Of a DNA stretch of 37,839 nucleotides, positions 24,107 to 34,601 are shown piece after piece. The notes beneath the pieces are model-generated. The model did not search any database. It was not told the DNA's origin and saw only the letters and a list, made by a program, of their open reading frames with translations. A program made the position numbers and the translations under genes. The number at the start of each line of letters is the position of its first letter. The first letter of the stretch is position 1. Source of the DNA: a virus (taxonomy: Duplodnaviria; Caudoviricetes); IMG/VR virus record IMGVR_UViG_3300017589_000221, positions 1 through 37,839 of that record, one strand, 5' to 3'.

Positions 24107-25039
24107 ATGCTACAATTAAATGACAAATATTATATTCCGACAACCTGGGAAGAGCTGACAACAGATCAGTTCGTGAAAATCATTGATTTGATTGAGCAAT
24201 TTAAAGCCGGCAAACTTCTCTTCTCTGAAATTCGATTATTAATTGTATATGCGTTGGTTGGGTCAAAACCGATTAATTCAGCGAATAAGATATTATGTGA
24301 AAATCTCTACAGAATCGCGGAAAAAATCGTCTTTCCATTTAATTACATATATAATGATGAAAGATTTGATAAGCTTGCGATTAAGGCTCAAAACTATTTA
24401 AAAAAACACCTTCCAACTTCCGATTCTAAGGATCCGGAAATTCGCATCGCTTCAACATTTAGTGTTCATATAGATATTGATCTATTTATTAGCCGTCAGT
24501 TGATACCTGTCCTTCCTGGCACAAATTTTAAAGGTTATTTATTTTCTATTAATAATGGCTTTATAGAAACATCCTTAACTGCTGAACAATATCTTGATGC
24601 CAACACAATAGTAGGGGAGTTTAAGGGGTCAAATATTGATGTATTAGATAACCTTATATCTATTTTATATCCTGAAGCTGCCTCTCAGAGTCAAATCATT
24701 CATCGCGTCCCAAAATCGATTAAAATGGCTGTGTATTACAATTACATATCTATTCTTGAATGGATATCCAGCCTGGAGAAATATGGCCCGATATTCAACA
24801 AAAAAAGTAACCGGACAAATAAACTATCAGTTGGTAATTCCGGGATGCTATTTCATCTGTCGGAAAAGGGATATGGCAGCTTAAACGAGGTCTCATCATA
24901 TAATCTGTGTTCGTTTTTAGATATCCTGCTAAAACAAACAATTGACTCTGTAAAGCAACTTAACTCTTTAAAAAAGAAGAGAGAAGAAATTGCTAAAGAA
25001 TTGAATTTAACATTAGACCAAATTAATTTAATAATCTGA
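24107..25039 (+). CDS. Hypothetical virion assembly protein
   Basis: 310 aa with IPTTWEELTTDQF N-terminal motif; tightly packed. Confidence 0.65.
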   Translation: MLQLNDKYYIPTTWEELTTDQFVKIIDLIEQFKAGKLLFSEIRLLIVYALVGSKPINSANKILCENLYRIAEKIVFPFNYIYNDERFDKLAIKAQNYLKKHLPTSDSKDPEIRIASTFSVHIDIDLFISRQLIPVLPGTNFKGYLFSINNGFIETSLTAEQYLDANTIVGEFKGSNIDVLDNLISILYPEAASQSQIIHRVPKSIKMAVYYNYISILEWISSLEKYGPIFNKKSNRTNKLSVGNSGMLFHLSEKGYGSLNEVSSYNLCSFLDILLKQTIDSVKQLNSLKKKREEIAKELNLTLDQINLII

Positions 25040-25584
25040 TGGATACTAAATTACTTCAGGAAACATTCCTGTATTTTGCTAAATATCCGCTCCATGATGG
25101 AGCAATGAAGTTCTTTAATAAGAGTACTGCAGATCCTTCTTATGTCGCTCTAAAACAAAGTTGTCAGGACCTACCTGTAAAGAACAAATTCCCGGAGATA
25201 TCGGATTATATTTTTGGAATAAATGAACAGTCAATTAAAAAGAGAATTGAATCAATAAGAGGAATCTATTTATTTATTGACTATGGAAATATTAATTCCG
25301 TAGAAGATACTAAAAATGTCAAATATGATAATTTCCATATGGCCGTTACGGTTGCTCAACCAACCTCTTCGACATCGTTTGACCTTGCTGAAGAATTGAT
25401 TTTGAGTGATAAATTATTATCGATCATTAGTTCTATCAGAGATGAAATGAGATATGATAAAACAGACTCCTTTATAAAAAGGATTGTTTTCCCTAACGAT
25501 ATAACGCCATTTTTTGCCCGGGAATTATCTAACAGTTATGGTTGGACATTAATGTTTCAGTTAAAGGGAGTTGATTTGATATGA
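25039..25584 (+). CDS. Hypothetical protein, possible tail terminator/completion protein
   Basis: 181 aa ending YGWTLMF; position before the tape measure. Confidence 0.55.
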   Translation: MDTKLLQETFLYFAKYPLHDGAMKFFNKSTADPSYVALKQSCQDLPVKNKFPEISDYIFGINEQSIKKRIESIRGIYLFIDYGNINSVEDTKNVKYDNFHMAVTVAQPTSSTSFDLAEELILSDKLLSIISSIRDEMRYDKTDSFIKRIVFPNDITPFFARELSNSYGWTLMFQLKGVDLI

Positions 25585-25937
25585 TGACGGAAAAATACAC
25601 AACAGATATTGATGAAATATTGATGAAGAGAGGTACAGCATTGCTGAAAGCTCAACATCAAATTTCATCTGTGTATTATGTAAGTCGTACCGGCAACTTA
25701 AGAGAAAAGCTATCTGCCAAGCCTGAAGTGGCCGGCGGAACTATGAAAATATGGTACCCTCTTTACATTAGGCTACTCGACTTGAAAAAAGGGCGGGGAG
25801 GAAGAGTTAAAAAAAATTATGAGCCCATCTATAACAAATATGTATTTGGTTTTATCCTGGGAGGATTATATGCCCAATTAAGAAGAGGTATTACCGGAAA
25901 CATCAGAATAAACATTCATAAATCACTATCAAAATGA
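25581..25937 (+). CDS. Hypothetical basic protein, possible tail completion protein
   Basis: 118 aa with RTGNL and YIRLLDLK motifs; coupled to the tape measure gene. Confidence 0.55.
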   Translation: MMTEKYTTDIDEILMKRGTALLKAQHQISSVYYVSRTGNLREKLSAKPEVAGGTMKIWYPLYIRLLDLKKGRGGRVKKNYEPIYNKYVFGFILGGLYAQLRRGITGNIRINIHKSLSK

Positions 25938-28660
25938 GTCTTGAAAGCGAACTTGTTAGCATAGAGGTCCAGATTAAGGATAACCAGGACGGTTTTTCTC
26001 AAAAACTTAAAGAATCTGAACAGAATACAGTTGAGCTCCGGAATGAAGTTCAGCGGTTGGAAAAAGCCATGGCCTTTTTAAACTTAACGAATCAAAAGGG
26101 CTCAACTCAATATAAAGAGATGGATGACCGTCTTAAGGAAGCCAGGAAGGAACTTAAATCGAGTACTGAAGATGCGAAAAACTATTCGAAAGCACTTGAT
26201 ATCAATTCTATGTCTGCAAATCAGCTTTCAAAAAAAGCATCAGAACTCAGGAATACTCTCAACTCGATGAGAAAGGATGTTAATCCTACCGAATGGAATA
26301 AACTCAATAAGGAATATAACGAAACAACCAAACGACTTGGTGAGGTTCGTGCCGGTACAGAGCAAACGAGCGCTACCATGTCGGTGATGAAGGGCGTTTT
26401 GGGAGGATTTTCTATTGCTGCCGTTGCTTCTGTCGTTGGTTCAGGACTAAAAAAAATTGGATCAGACGTGCTTCAATCGACACAAACAATTTCTGATTCA
26501 TGGGCTCGCATGACTACCGGGATGTCTTATGCATATTCTACTTTCATTCGAGCAATAGCCACAGGTGATTGGAGTAATTTCTTTTCAAATCTGGAACAAG
26601 CATATGAGTTGGGGAAAAAGGTAGAAGACATGCTTGACGAATTAAAAGAAATGGGCAACTCAAGAGACATTCAAGCGATTAAAATCAATAAGCAGATTGC
26701 TGAACAGAAGCAAATCATGGATGATGTTAATAAGAGTGACGAAGTTAGGAAGGAAGCTGCAGAAAAGATTATCAAATTAACTCAAGACCTAGGTGTTTTA
26801 AAACAACAGGTTGCTACTCAAGAACGAGAGGCTTATGAAGCGCAGTTCAACTTTGTAACAAAATTAAGCGACTCAGAAAAAACGTATATGATTGAACGGT
26901 ATCTCAATAATAAAAAAACTATAGGTCAGGCCGCTGACTTGATTTCTATGGAGAAGGACCTTAATTATATGCGCAAAAATCAATATAAATATGTCGATGA
27001 AAAACTAATTACGATATATTCTGATGATCAAATCAATGGACTAGAAAAGCAAATCAAATTAACTAAGGAAAATAACAAAGAGGTAGAATATGCTGCTGGA
27101 ATATTAAAAAAATATAATCTGGCAAATGATGAAGTAATTAAGAATTATGTTGCCGCTCTAACAAAAGAGATGAACGTTGAAGTAGAAGTTCTTGAGGGCA
27201 ACAGGAGAGTTACAAGGCAAAAAAATACTCTCCAAAAAAGCATCAATGATGATGCAATTAAGCGGCTACAGGAATTTAATAAAAAAACGAAAGAAGAAAG
27301 AGAGCAAAGCTATAAGGAGGAAATTGAAGCTGCAGAAACAAACGGAAATAATAAGTTGGCTATAATTCAAAAACAATACTTATCTGGGACTATTGATCAA
27401 AATGAATTCAAAGAAAGATCTACGGTAATCGAAGGTGAACTTCTTACAAAGAAAATTGAGATTAATACCCTATATGGTAAACGAGTATCTGATGAATATA
27501 AACGATTGTATGAAATTCAGATCACTCGGATGGAAGAGTTTAAAAAGAAAATTGACGAAATGGTCAATGAATCAAATAAAAAAGTTGAGAAAGCAGCTGA
27601 CGTATGGGAAAAAACGGATCAAAAAAATATTGATAATTACTTGAATGAAGCGCAGGCTGTCTTTGATAAAGCGGCAGAAGTTGCCGGGAAATATCTGAAT
27701 CAGCAAAAAAGTGATTTAGATATTCTGAATGACTCATATGGAAGTGAGTTGACATCATTAAATTATTGGTTAGACATGAAAGAAATGTCTCAGGAGGAGT
27801 ATCTAATTGCTGTCAATAATTTAAATCAAAAATATAACACCGAAAGAAAAAAAATTGAAGCGAAGAGCTGGGCTCAAGGAATAGAAGTGGCTTTAAATGC
27901 ATTGAATCAAATTGCCGGATTATCATCAGCCATCCAAGATGCACAGTTAGCTAAACTGGACCAGGACAAACAGCGCGAACTTGAAATATATGGGGATAGC
28001 TCGGAAAAACGTGAGCAAATTGAATTAAAGTTTGAGCAAAAAAAGCTTGAGATACAGAAGAAATTCGCGGATATCGATATGGGGTTGAAGATTGCACAGG
28101 CAACAGCTGCCGGCGCTTTGGCTATAGCTCAAACAATTGGTAATCTGGGGTTGCCAAAAGCATTACCGGCCATTATTATTGCAGGTATAATGACAGCTGC
28201 AAACATTGCTACAATCGTGGCTCAGCGAAATGCTATCAAGAATTCATCTGTTTCAAGTGTCTCTTCCGGCGGTTATGGCAGTCGAACCGTAAATGCAGGA
28301 TACGCAGAGGGGGGCTTCACCGGTTATGGTCCTCGGCTTGAACAGGCGGGATTTGTACATAGAGGCGAATATGTTGTTCCTATGCCTGAAATGAGAATGC
28401 CAACAGTCCAATATCATGTTCGTGAAATAGAATCAATACGCCGGCAGCGGACTTCAACAAATGCGCTCCCAGGATACGCAGAAGGGGGCTATGTGTCGAA
28501 TCAGAGTAATACCGATGATATGGGAAGAGTCATGCTTGAAATGATTGGTTTGCTCAAGGGGCTCAGAAAGAATCCCATCAAAGCATACTATGTCAATTCT
28601 GAACAGGAGGCTTCTAAACTTGGTGCAGATAAAATTAAAGCAATTGGGACTTTATCATGA
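25934..28660 (+). CDS. Tail tape measure protein
   Basis: 908 aa, mostly coiled coil, with hydrophobic Ala/Gly segments and C-terminal GYAEGGFTG...AGFVHRGEYVVP. Confidence 0.88.
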   Translation: MSLESELVSIEVQIKDNQDGFSQKLKESEQNTVELRNEVQRLEKAMAFLNLTNQKGSTQYKEMDDRLKEARKELKSSTEDAKNYSKALDINSMSANQLSKKASELRNTLNSMRKDVNPTEWNKLNKEYNETTKRLGEVRAGTEQTSATMSVMKGVLGGFSIAAVASVVGSGLKKIGSDVLQSTQTISDSWARMTTGMSYAYSTFIRAIATGDWSNFFSNLEQAYELGKKVEDMLDELKEMGNSRDIQAIKINKQIAEQKQIMDDVNKSDEVRKEAAEKIIKLTQDLGVLKQQVATQEREAYEAQFNFVTKLSDSEKTYMIERYLNNKKTIGQAADLISMEKDLNYMRKNQYKYVDEKLITIYSDDQINGLEKQIKLTKENNKEVEYAAGILKKYNLANDEVIKNYVAALTKEMNVEVEVLEGNRRVTRQKNTLQKSINDDAIKRLQEFNKKTKEEREQSYKEEIEAAETNGNNKLAIIQKQYLSGTIDQNEFKERSTVIEGELLTKKIEINTLYGKRVSDEYKRLYEIQITRMEEFKKKIDEMVNESNKKVEKAADVWEKTDQKNIDNYLNEAQAVFDKAAEVAGKYLNQQKSDLDILNDSYGSELTSLNYWLDMKEMSQEEYLIAVNNLNQKYNTERKKIEAKSWAQGIEVALNALNQIAGLSSAIQDAQLAKLDQDKQRELEIYGDSSEKREQIELKFEQKKLEIQKKFADIDMGLKIAQATAAGALAIAQTIGNLGLPKALPAIIIAGIMTAANIATIVAQRNAIKNSSVSSVSSGGYGSRTVNAGYAEGGFTGYGPRLEQAGFVHRGEYVVPMPEMRMPTVQYHVREIESIRRQRTSTNALPGYAEGGYVSNQSNTDDMGRVMLEMIGLLKGLRKNPIKAYYVNSEQEASKLGADKIKAIGTLS

Positions 28661-30702
28661 AAATATTAACCGACAATGGTCAGTTGACATTACCGGCTGA
28701 CTATAAAATAGAGATTAAACATTCTTCTCCTGTTTTTTCCAAAGAGGGTACACAGTCTTTACCATTTACATTCCCATACAAGAGTAATTTGAATGTTCTT
28801 GGATATTTGAATCGGCTTGGAGCGGATAATAAGCTTGTTCTTAAAAAGAAAGTTAGGCTCATTTCCGGGATATATCAAAAAACCGGACAACTGGTAATCG
28901 ACAAAGCAAGTAGTAAGGACATAGTTGGAGCAATAATGATTAACGAAAGTGATTTATATGCTCAAATAAAGGAACTTACAATGCGAGAAATCTTTAATAA
29001 TATAATTAGAGATGATTTTGCTGCTGCAGAAGACAAGATTACTTCCTGGTATGATTACATATTTGCATGTATGACTGGTGACGAATCAGATGACTTCACC
29101 GCCTTTCCTGTTGCGATTAATGAAGATTCCGGAGAATATCAACTTTTAAATAAACCGGATCATCGCTCAGCTCTGGATCCGTGGCCTCTTATCTATAAGA
29201 GCCGCAGGGTAACGTCTGGATCATCCACTATGAATGTTCCTTCTGGTTATGGTATTACTCCGTTTTTATACCTACACAGAGCAATAGACTTGTTATTTGA
29301 CCAGTTTGGATATCAGGTGAGAATAAATCTTGTCAGGACAGATAGCCTTTTAAGTAAACTAGTTTTGTTAAACAGTACAGCGGATACAATCTGTACTGGA
29401 AAACTTCGATATGGAGATCTGGTTCCGACATGCACAATTGCCGACTTCATTAATTTTTTAGAGGCCAAAACGCTGATGCATTGTTATATATATCCGGAAT
29501 CAAAAATTATTGATTTGGTTCCTTTGAAAGAACCATTAATTACTCAGCCGGACATAGACATTACATCAATTTTAAATGGGGAATATACTGTTTCTTTTAT
29601 TGAACCGAGCGAAGTGGATCTTACTTCAGATACAAGCATAACTGGCGCTTCTCCAGCGGCGGATACGTGGAACGATTTTGTTAAAAAGCATCACGTATTA
29701 ACCGAGATGGCAGAGATGGACTTTAGAACTAATGTCTCAAAATATTCTGTTGTATTTAGAAAATCAACAGGTAGCTATTATCAAGTTCTTCGCCGGCCCG
29801 GTGATTCATCAATTAAACTTGAACGACTAGGATCGAATTATTTTCGGCGGTTTTCTAATAAGCTAACCGGGAAAGAATATCATTCAATAGACAAAATTCC
29901 TCCAATGGTTGATGTTAATCTTGGAATAGTAGGCAGCAAGGAAGCGATTGTTGTTTGTCCATTTATAGGCGAATCTCAGCATATTAATACTGTATATAAG
30001 GATGAATCATCAAAAGCCGTTCAGGATATCATTTTAGCATATAGTGCCGGACGATCAATCGAGGACAATAATATAATCGCGAAATACTTCCAAGGGACAA
30101 CTCAGAAGTATAATAATTTTGGAGAACAATGGGCGGATTATGATCTATCCCCACGTGATTTTTTTAATAGGTTTTTTATTGAATGGGATTCTATTCTTCG
30201 CAATACGAATACAGAAATTGATGCAATTGCCGAATATTCGCTGTCTCAACTCATGAGCTTCCGAATGGATCGGCTGAAAATATTAAACGGTCAACGATTA
30301 TTACCCATTGACATTGCTTATAATGTTGGAAATGGCATTGTCGAAAATACTGGAGGCCGATACAAACCTATAAAATTGTTAGAGCCAATTGTCACTGATC
30401 CGGATGTTATCTTGCCTCCTCAGTTATATAGTTGGACCTATGAGTCAAATGCCGAAGAAGTGTTTGCAGAGTTTGATGTTCAACTTTGGGAATCGTATAC
30501 ATGGGAGTATTCCGGAGAGGATAATCCGTCAAAAAACACTTTTGAATTTATACCTCCTCCAACCCTTGAGCAATTTACTTCTCAGGAATTACAGTATTAT
30601 CAGGAGAACCCAATTAAGATATTCGCAAAAAAAATAAATGAGAATACTATATATGAATTTGAGCGAGTTCTTTCAAGTGGCTTCCGTGCTGTTTTGCCTT
30701 AA
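28657..30702 (+). CDS. Tail tip/baseplate hub-like protein
   Basis: 681 aa directly after the tape measure; SPVFSKEGTQSLPFTFP N-terminal pattern. Confidence 0.65.
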   Translation: MKILTDNGQLTLPADYKIEIKHSSPVFSKEGTQSLPFTFPYKSNLNVLGYLNRLGADNKLVLKKKVRLISGIYQKTGQLVIDKASSKDIVGAIMINESDLYAQIKELTMREIFNNIIRDDFAAAEDKITSWYDYIFACMTGDESDDFTAFPVAINEDSGEYQLLNKPDHRSALDPWPLIYKSRRVTSGSSTMNVPSGYGITPFLYLHRAIDLLFDQFGYQVRINLVRTDSLLSKLVLLNSTADTICTGKLRYGDLVPTCTIADFINFLEAKTLMHCYIYPESKIIDLVPLKEPLITQPDIDITSILNGEYTVSFIEPSEVDLTSDTSITGASPAADTWNDFVKKHHVLTEMAEMDFRTNVSKYSVVFRKSTGSYYQVLRRPGDSSIKLERLGSNYFRRFSNKLTGKEYHSIDKIPPMVDVNLGIVGSKEAIVVCPFIGESQHINTVYKDESSKAVQDIILAYSAGRSIEDNNIIAKYFQGTTQKYNNFGEQWADYDLSPRDFFNRFFIEWDSILRNTNTEIDAIAEYSLSQLMSFRMDRLKILNGQRLLPIDIAYNVGNGIVENTGGRYKPIKLLEPIVTDPDVILPPQLYSWTYESNAEEVFAEFDVQLWESYTWEYSGEDNPSKNTFEFIPPPTLEQFTSQELQYYQENPIKIFAKKINENTIYEFERVLSSGFRAVLP

Positions 30703-30708
30703 AATTCT

Positions 30709-30743
30709 GTCCTTTCACTCGTAATCACATTACTTTAATTTTG
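30709..30743 (+). promoter_or_regulatory. Candidate late promoter 3 (GTCCTTT-N24-TTTG)
   Basis: GTCCTTT 30709-30715 and TAatTTTG 30736-30743, upstream of ATG 30760. Confidence 0.7.
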
Positions 30744-30759
30744 ACTTGACATTAAAGAT

Positions 30760-33700
30760 ATGGCTATAATAACACTTCAACCCGATTCATTATCACTCTC
30801 TTCAAACCTTAAACGGTTTGTAATATCTTCTGCTACAGAGATAAGATTTAAATTATCGGTAGGTGAAATACTATTGATTGATGAATCGTACAGTCCGGAT
30901 GCATTAGGAAAAATAGAAATTGATATTAAGGAAGTCGTTAACAGCCAACTAAGTTTATCAATTCCTACAACGGATATCTTTGAACAACTAAATATTTGTA
31001 AATCATTTACAGCTCAAATTGATGAGACTTCTATTGTATTTTCAGCTATAAGAGCGGGCGTTGAGAACCTGGCTGTTTCAGCTACAGAATTTCTTGCGCA
31101 GAATTTTTTGACATGGCAGCCTCAGAGCAAACAGGTGGGCTACTCACAACCGGAATGGTTAACTTACTATGCACCGGTGGCCGGTTCTTTAAAGGTTAAG
31201 TTTTATCTTTCTGATAATACTTCTGTCGTTCAAACTCTCACTGCTTTGGCCGCAGGATCCTGCATTTCTGTAAACATGATGTTCTCCCGGATAATGGCTC
31301 TACAGGCCGGCTCTAAACAGGGTTATTGTGATGTATGGGTTGAGAATGCAGCTGCTGAACGACTGACGTATATACAGCGATATATCTATAAAGAAACAGA
31401 AACCATTGATGAACATTTTCCTTTTGAAAATTCATTAGGTGGTCTTGATACTGCAGTCTTTTCAGGAGACAGTGTTGCTGTTCCAGAAGTTGAAAATGTA
31501 GAGGGGTTGTTTGATGAAGAGAGTGTTCAACTTGATGGTACATTTACCAGGCTATTTTCAAAAAATTCAGGTTGGAAATCTAAATTAGAAGCTCAATGGT
31601 TATGGGACTTCTTTTCCTCAAAAAATAGATATAAGATTCAGGATGGCGTTTTAAAAAAAATATCCTTAAGAGAATCAGATATTCAAAACAGTTCTCTGGA
31701 TGATTTTAAGTCGTTTTCTTTTAAGTACCGACTTTCTGTAGACAAAGGGTTGCTCAATATTCAGCGTTCTACGGATCCTCTTCCTGAAAACCTTGAGATA
31801 ACCACTCCGGAGGGGCTTTTTTTTTTAGCTCCTAGGCTCGTTGAGTTTCCGAGTTATTCGGAAGATGACGGACTTATCCCTATTCAGTCACCATATATTC
31901 AATCGTGGTTTAAAATTTCTATAGGTCAATTAAAAGCAGATATTAAGCAATCAATTATGATTGATCCTGCTTTCTTTCAGTATGTACTACCAAAGGCATC
32001 TGATACCGTTCTTGGAGGTATTAAAGTCGGTTCAAACCTTACTATTGATCCGGACGGTACTCTTCATGCTCAAAATTCATATTCATTACCGGTTGCTACA
32101 ATTGCTTCGCTTGGAGGGGTTATGATAGGTAGCAATATTAGTGTTAGTGCTCAAGGGGTTATTTCCGTAGCGGCACCTTATGTTCATCCTGAATCTCATC
32201 CTGCTTCGATGATTGTATCAGATACGCTCCGGAGATTTATTACTGACACTCAGATAAGCAATTATGATACTGCATATAATGCCAGGCACACACACGAGAA
32301 CAAAGCGAACCTTGATTCCATAAACCAGGATTTATCAAAGACCTCTAATGTTCAGTTTAACAATATTATTGCAGACGGCTCAATCGCCTTTTACGGGGAT
32401 GTCGGTTCAGGAAGTGTACCGGTAGGCTCTTTACTTGATTTGTCCGATATAGATCCTTCCCTGGCAACAGCTATTACTGGTTCTCCTCTTGTCAAGTTAG
32501 CATCAGGCAAGTGGGGGCCAGGAAGTATTTCGATAGATCTATCAAATTATTTTAATAAAACTGATTCCGATTCCCGCTTTGCCTTCAAGTCCCATTCGCA
32601 CGACTATGTTTCTCCCACTACATTCAATTCACATACGGGCGACACAGTTAAACACCTCACTGCCGTTGAGCGTACAGCTTGGAACGGCAAAGAGCCTGCT
32701 CTTGGCAATCCTGATGTAGACGGAAAGATACTTTCTTCTTCGGGCGGTGTTCGCAGTTGGGTAAGCAGATATGTTTTGCCTATAGCTGCTGCGGCTATGC
32801 TCGGAGGTGTGATGATTGGTAGTAACATTTCCGTCAATGGCCAGGGGGTTATCTCCGTTGCAGCTCCTTATTCACACCCTGCCAGTCATGCGGCTTCGAT
32901 GATTGATACAGATGCTACTCGCAGATTCATTTCTGATACCCAATTAAGCAATCTTGCAGATGCGTACAACCTTAGACACTCGCATGGGAATAAGGCGAAC
33001 CTTGACACTATAAATCAGGATTTATCGCAAACCTCAAATGTGAAGTTTAATAATTTCGTTGCCGATGGCTCAATCGCCTTTTACGGCGGTGTTGGTTCGG
33101 GTGGTACTCCTGTTGCCTCGTTGCTTGACTTGTCAGACATAGATGCCTCTATTTCCACAGCAGCAACCGGTACACCTTTGGTTAAGTTGATTAATGGCAA
33201 ATGGGGCGCAGGTTCAATCTCAATCGACCTCTCAAATTACTATAACAAAACTGATTCCGATGCTCGTTACGCTTTCAAGTCGCACAGCCACGATTATATA
33301 AGCCCTACAACTTTTAATGGGCATACAAGCGATGCGGTTAAACATATCACAGGAACAGAAAGAAGTAATTGGAATACAGCTTACTCATATTCACAAGTGG
33401 GCCATTTGGCCTCGAGTGGGGGAACAGTTAGCGGAATGACTTCTTTTACGGGTTCTGCTGTTTTTTCTAACACTCTAAGTTTGTATATCAGGAGGCCAAG
33501 TATAGACGCAAATCCTAACATCGTAATGCAAAATCTTGATTCTAACAGCAATGTTAGAACCCTTGGATACATTACAATGCTAAGTGATGATAATTTTGGG
33601 TTTTATAGGGCTGATGGATCCACTTATAGGCCAGTGCTACATTCAGGCAACTTCTCCTCTTATGCCGATGCAGCAGGAGCGGCAGCAACAGTACAAGGCA

Positions 33701-34590
33701 ATCTAAATACACACGCATACCTAACGACAACTGCGCACGGGCTTGGTGGCTCTGCCTTTCACGCAGATAGTTTCTTTATACAAGATAGAAGTTCGTCAGC
33801 TCAGTCAGCTAATTTGTGGATTAGTGGGACAATCAGAACAGACACCATTTTCCAATTCGGAACAACTGCAACTATGCTTTTCGGAAGGGGTAATGCTATT
33901 ACAGGGGGACTTGGAGCTTCCGACCTATTACTGTATAATACAGGTGGAGATATGTATCTATGGGCAACTGGAGGGTTTGGCCTAAAGTTGGCGGCAAGTA
34001 CAGGAGCAGCCACTTTTGCTTCAACAATCCAAGCCACCACAGGAAAATTCACTGATTTAACGTCTGGCTATATACCTATCTATACAAGTAGTGGATTAGC
34101 TAATAGTCGTATCGTTTATGACGGAACAAATATGCTTATTGACGTCGTAAACAATGGGGGTAAATTAATAATCAAGGGAAATGATGATGGCTCAGGACAA
34201 CTTATCCTTAGAGGTTATGCAGATAATAATAATTGGTGGGAACTTGGTCGAGAAAGTGCATCAAGAGGAGAGTTTCATATTAGGGAATATTACAGTAGTT
34301 CTTATTACACACGATTTGTAATTCAGCGTGGTACTGGAAACTTCGGGCTAGGGTATTTAGCAGCTGACGCAGTAGTTTCAACCTATAAACTGGCGGTGAA
34401 CGGCTCAATTTACGCAGCCTCTTACGTCGAATCCGCCTCTTACCTCAAAGGCACATCGGTTAAACTCGGCACTTGGGAAATCAAAGAAAATGCTCAGGGC
34501 GATCTTGAATTTATCCAATCAGGAACATTACGCTTCAAAGGAACATCACTCGGACTTATATCCCAAAAGACAGTTGCATTTTACGACTAA
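30760..34590 (+). CDS. Tail fibre / minor tail protein with internal repeats
   Basis: N-terminal domain with FLTWQP and FENSLGGLDT; three LP.A....LGG(I/V)..GSN repeats; HxH motifs; Gly/Ser-rich C-terminus. Confidence 0.8.
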   Translation: MAIITLQPDSLSLSSNLKRFVISSATEIRFKLSVGEILLIDESYSPDALGKIEIDIKEVVNSQLSLSIPTTDIFEQLNICKSFTAQIDETSIVFSAIRAGVENLAVSATEFLAQNFLTWQPQSKQVGYSQPEWLTYYAPVAGSLKVKFYLSDNTSVVQTLTALAAGSCISVNMMFSRIMALQAGSKQGYCDVWVENAAAERLTYIQRYIYKETETIDEHFPFENSLGGLDTAVFSGDSVAVPEVENVEGLFDEESVQLDGTFTRLFSKNSGWKSKLEAQWLWDFFSSKNRYKIQDGVLKKISLRESDIQNSSLDDFKSFSFKYRLSVDKGLLNIQRSTDPLPENLEITTPEGLFFLAPRLVEFPSYSEDDGLIPIQSPYIQSWFKISIGQLKADIKQSIMIDPAFFQYVLPKASDTVLGGIKVGSNLTIDPDGTLHAQNSYSLPVATIASLGGVMIGSNISVSAQGVISVAAPYVHPESHPASMIVSDTLRRFITDTQISNYDTAYNARHTHENKANLDSINQDLSKTSNVQFNNIIADGSIAFYGDVGSGSVPVGSLLDLSDIDPSLATAITGSPLVKLASGKWGPGSISIDLSNYFNKTDSDSRFAFKSHSHDYVSPTTFNSHTGDTVKHLTAVERTAWNGKEPALGNPDVDGKILSSSGGVRSWVSRYVLPIAAAAMLGGVMIGSNISVNGQGVISVAAPYSHPASHAASMIDTDATRRFISDTQLSNLADAYNLRHSHGNKANLDTINQDLSQTSNVKFNNFVADGSIAFYGGVGSGGTPVASLLDLSDIDASISTAATGTPLVKLINGKWGAGSISIDLSNYYNKTDSDARYAFKSHSHDYISPTTFNGHTSDAVKHITGTERSNWNTAYSYSQVGHLASSGGTVSGMTSFTGSAVFSNTLSLYIRRPSIDANPNIVMQNLDSNSNVRTLGYITMLSDDNFGFYRADGSTYRPVLHSGNFSSYADAAGAAATVQGNLNTHAYLTTTAHGLGGSAFHADSFFIQDRSSSAQSANLWISGTIRTDTIFQFGTTATMLFGRGNAITGGLGASDLLLYNTGGDMYLWATGGFGLKLAASTGAATFASTIQATTGKFTDLTSGYIPIYTSSGLANSRIVYDGTNMLIDVVNNGGKLIIKGNDDGSGQLILRGYADNNNWWELGRESASRGEFHIREYYSSSYYTRFVIQRGTGNFGLGYLAADAVVSTYKLAVNGSIYAASYVESASYLKGTSVKLGTWEIKENAQGDLEFIQSGTLRFKGTSLGLISQKTVAFYD
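32080..33375 (+). repeat. Internal duplication of about 202 codons (690-nt period) in the fibre gene
   Basis: 32080-32685 versus 32770-33375; near-identical peptides such as SISIDLSNY(F/Y)NKTDSD with many synonymous differences. Confidence 0.9.
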
Positions 34591-34601
34591 TAATTAATGA
34601 A

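Noticed and set aside
28298-28490. 19-bp near-identical repeat in the tape measure gene as a recombination site
   Set aside because: Explained by the twice-repeated GYAEGG peptide motif common in tape measure C-termini
32080-33375. DGR or invertible shufflon in the fibre gene
   Set aside because: The copies are direct, in frame and differ mostly at synonymous sites; no reverse transcriptase, invertase or inverted cassettes seen
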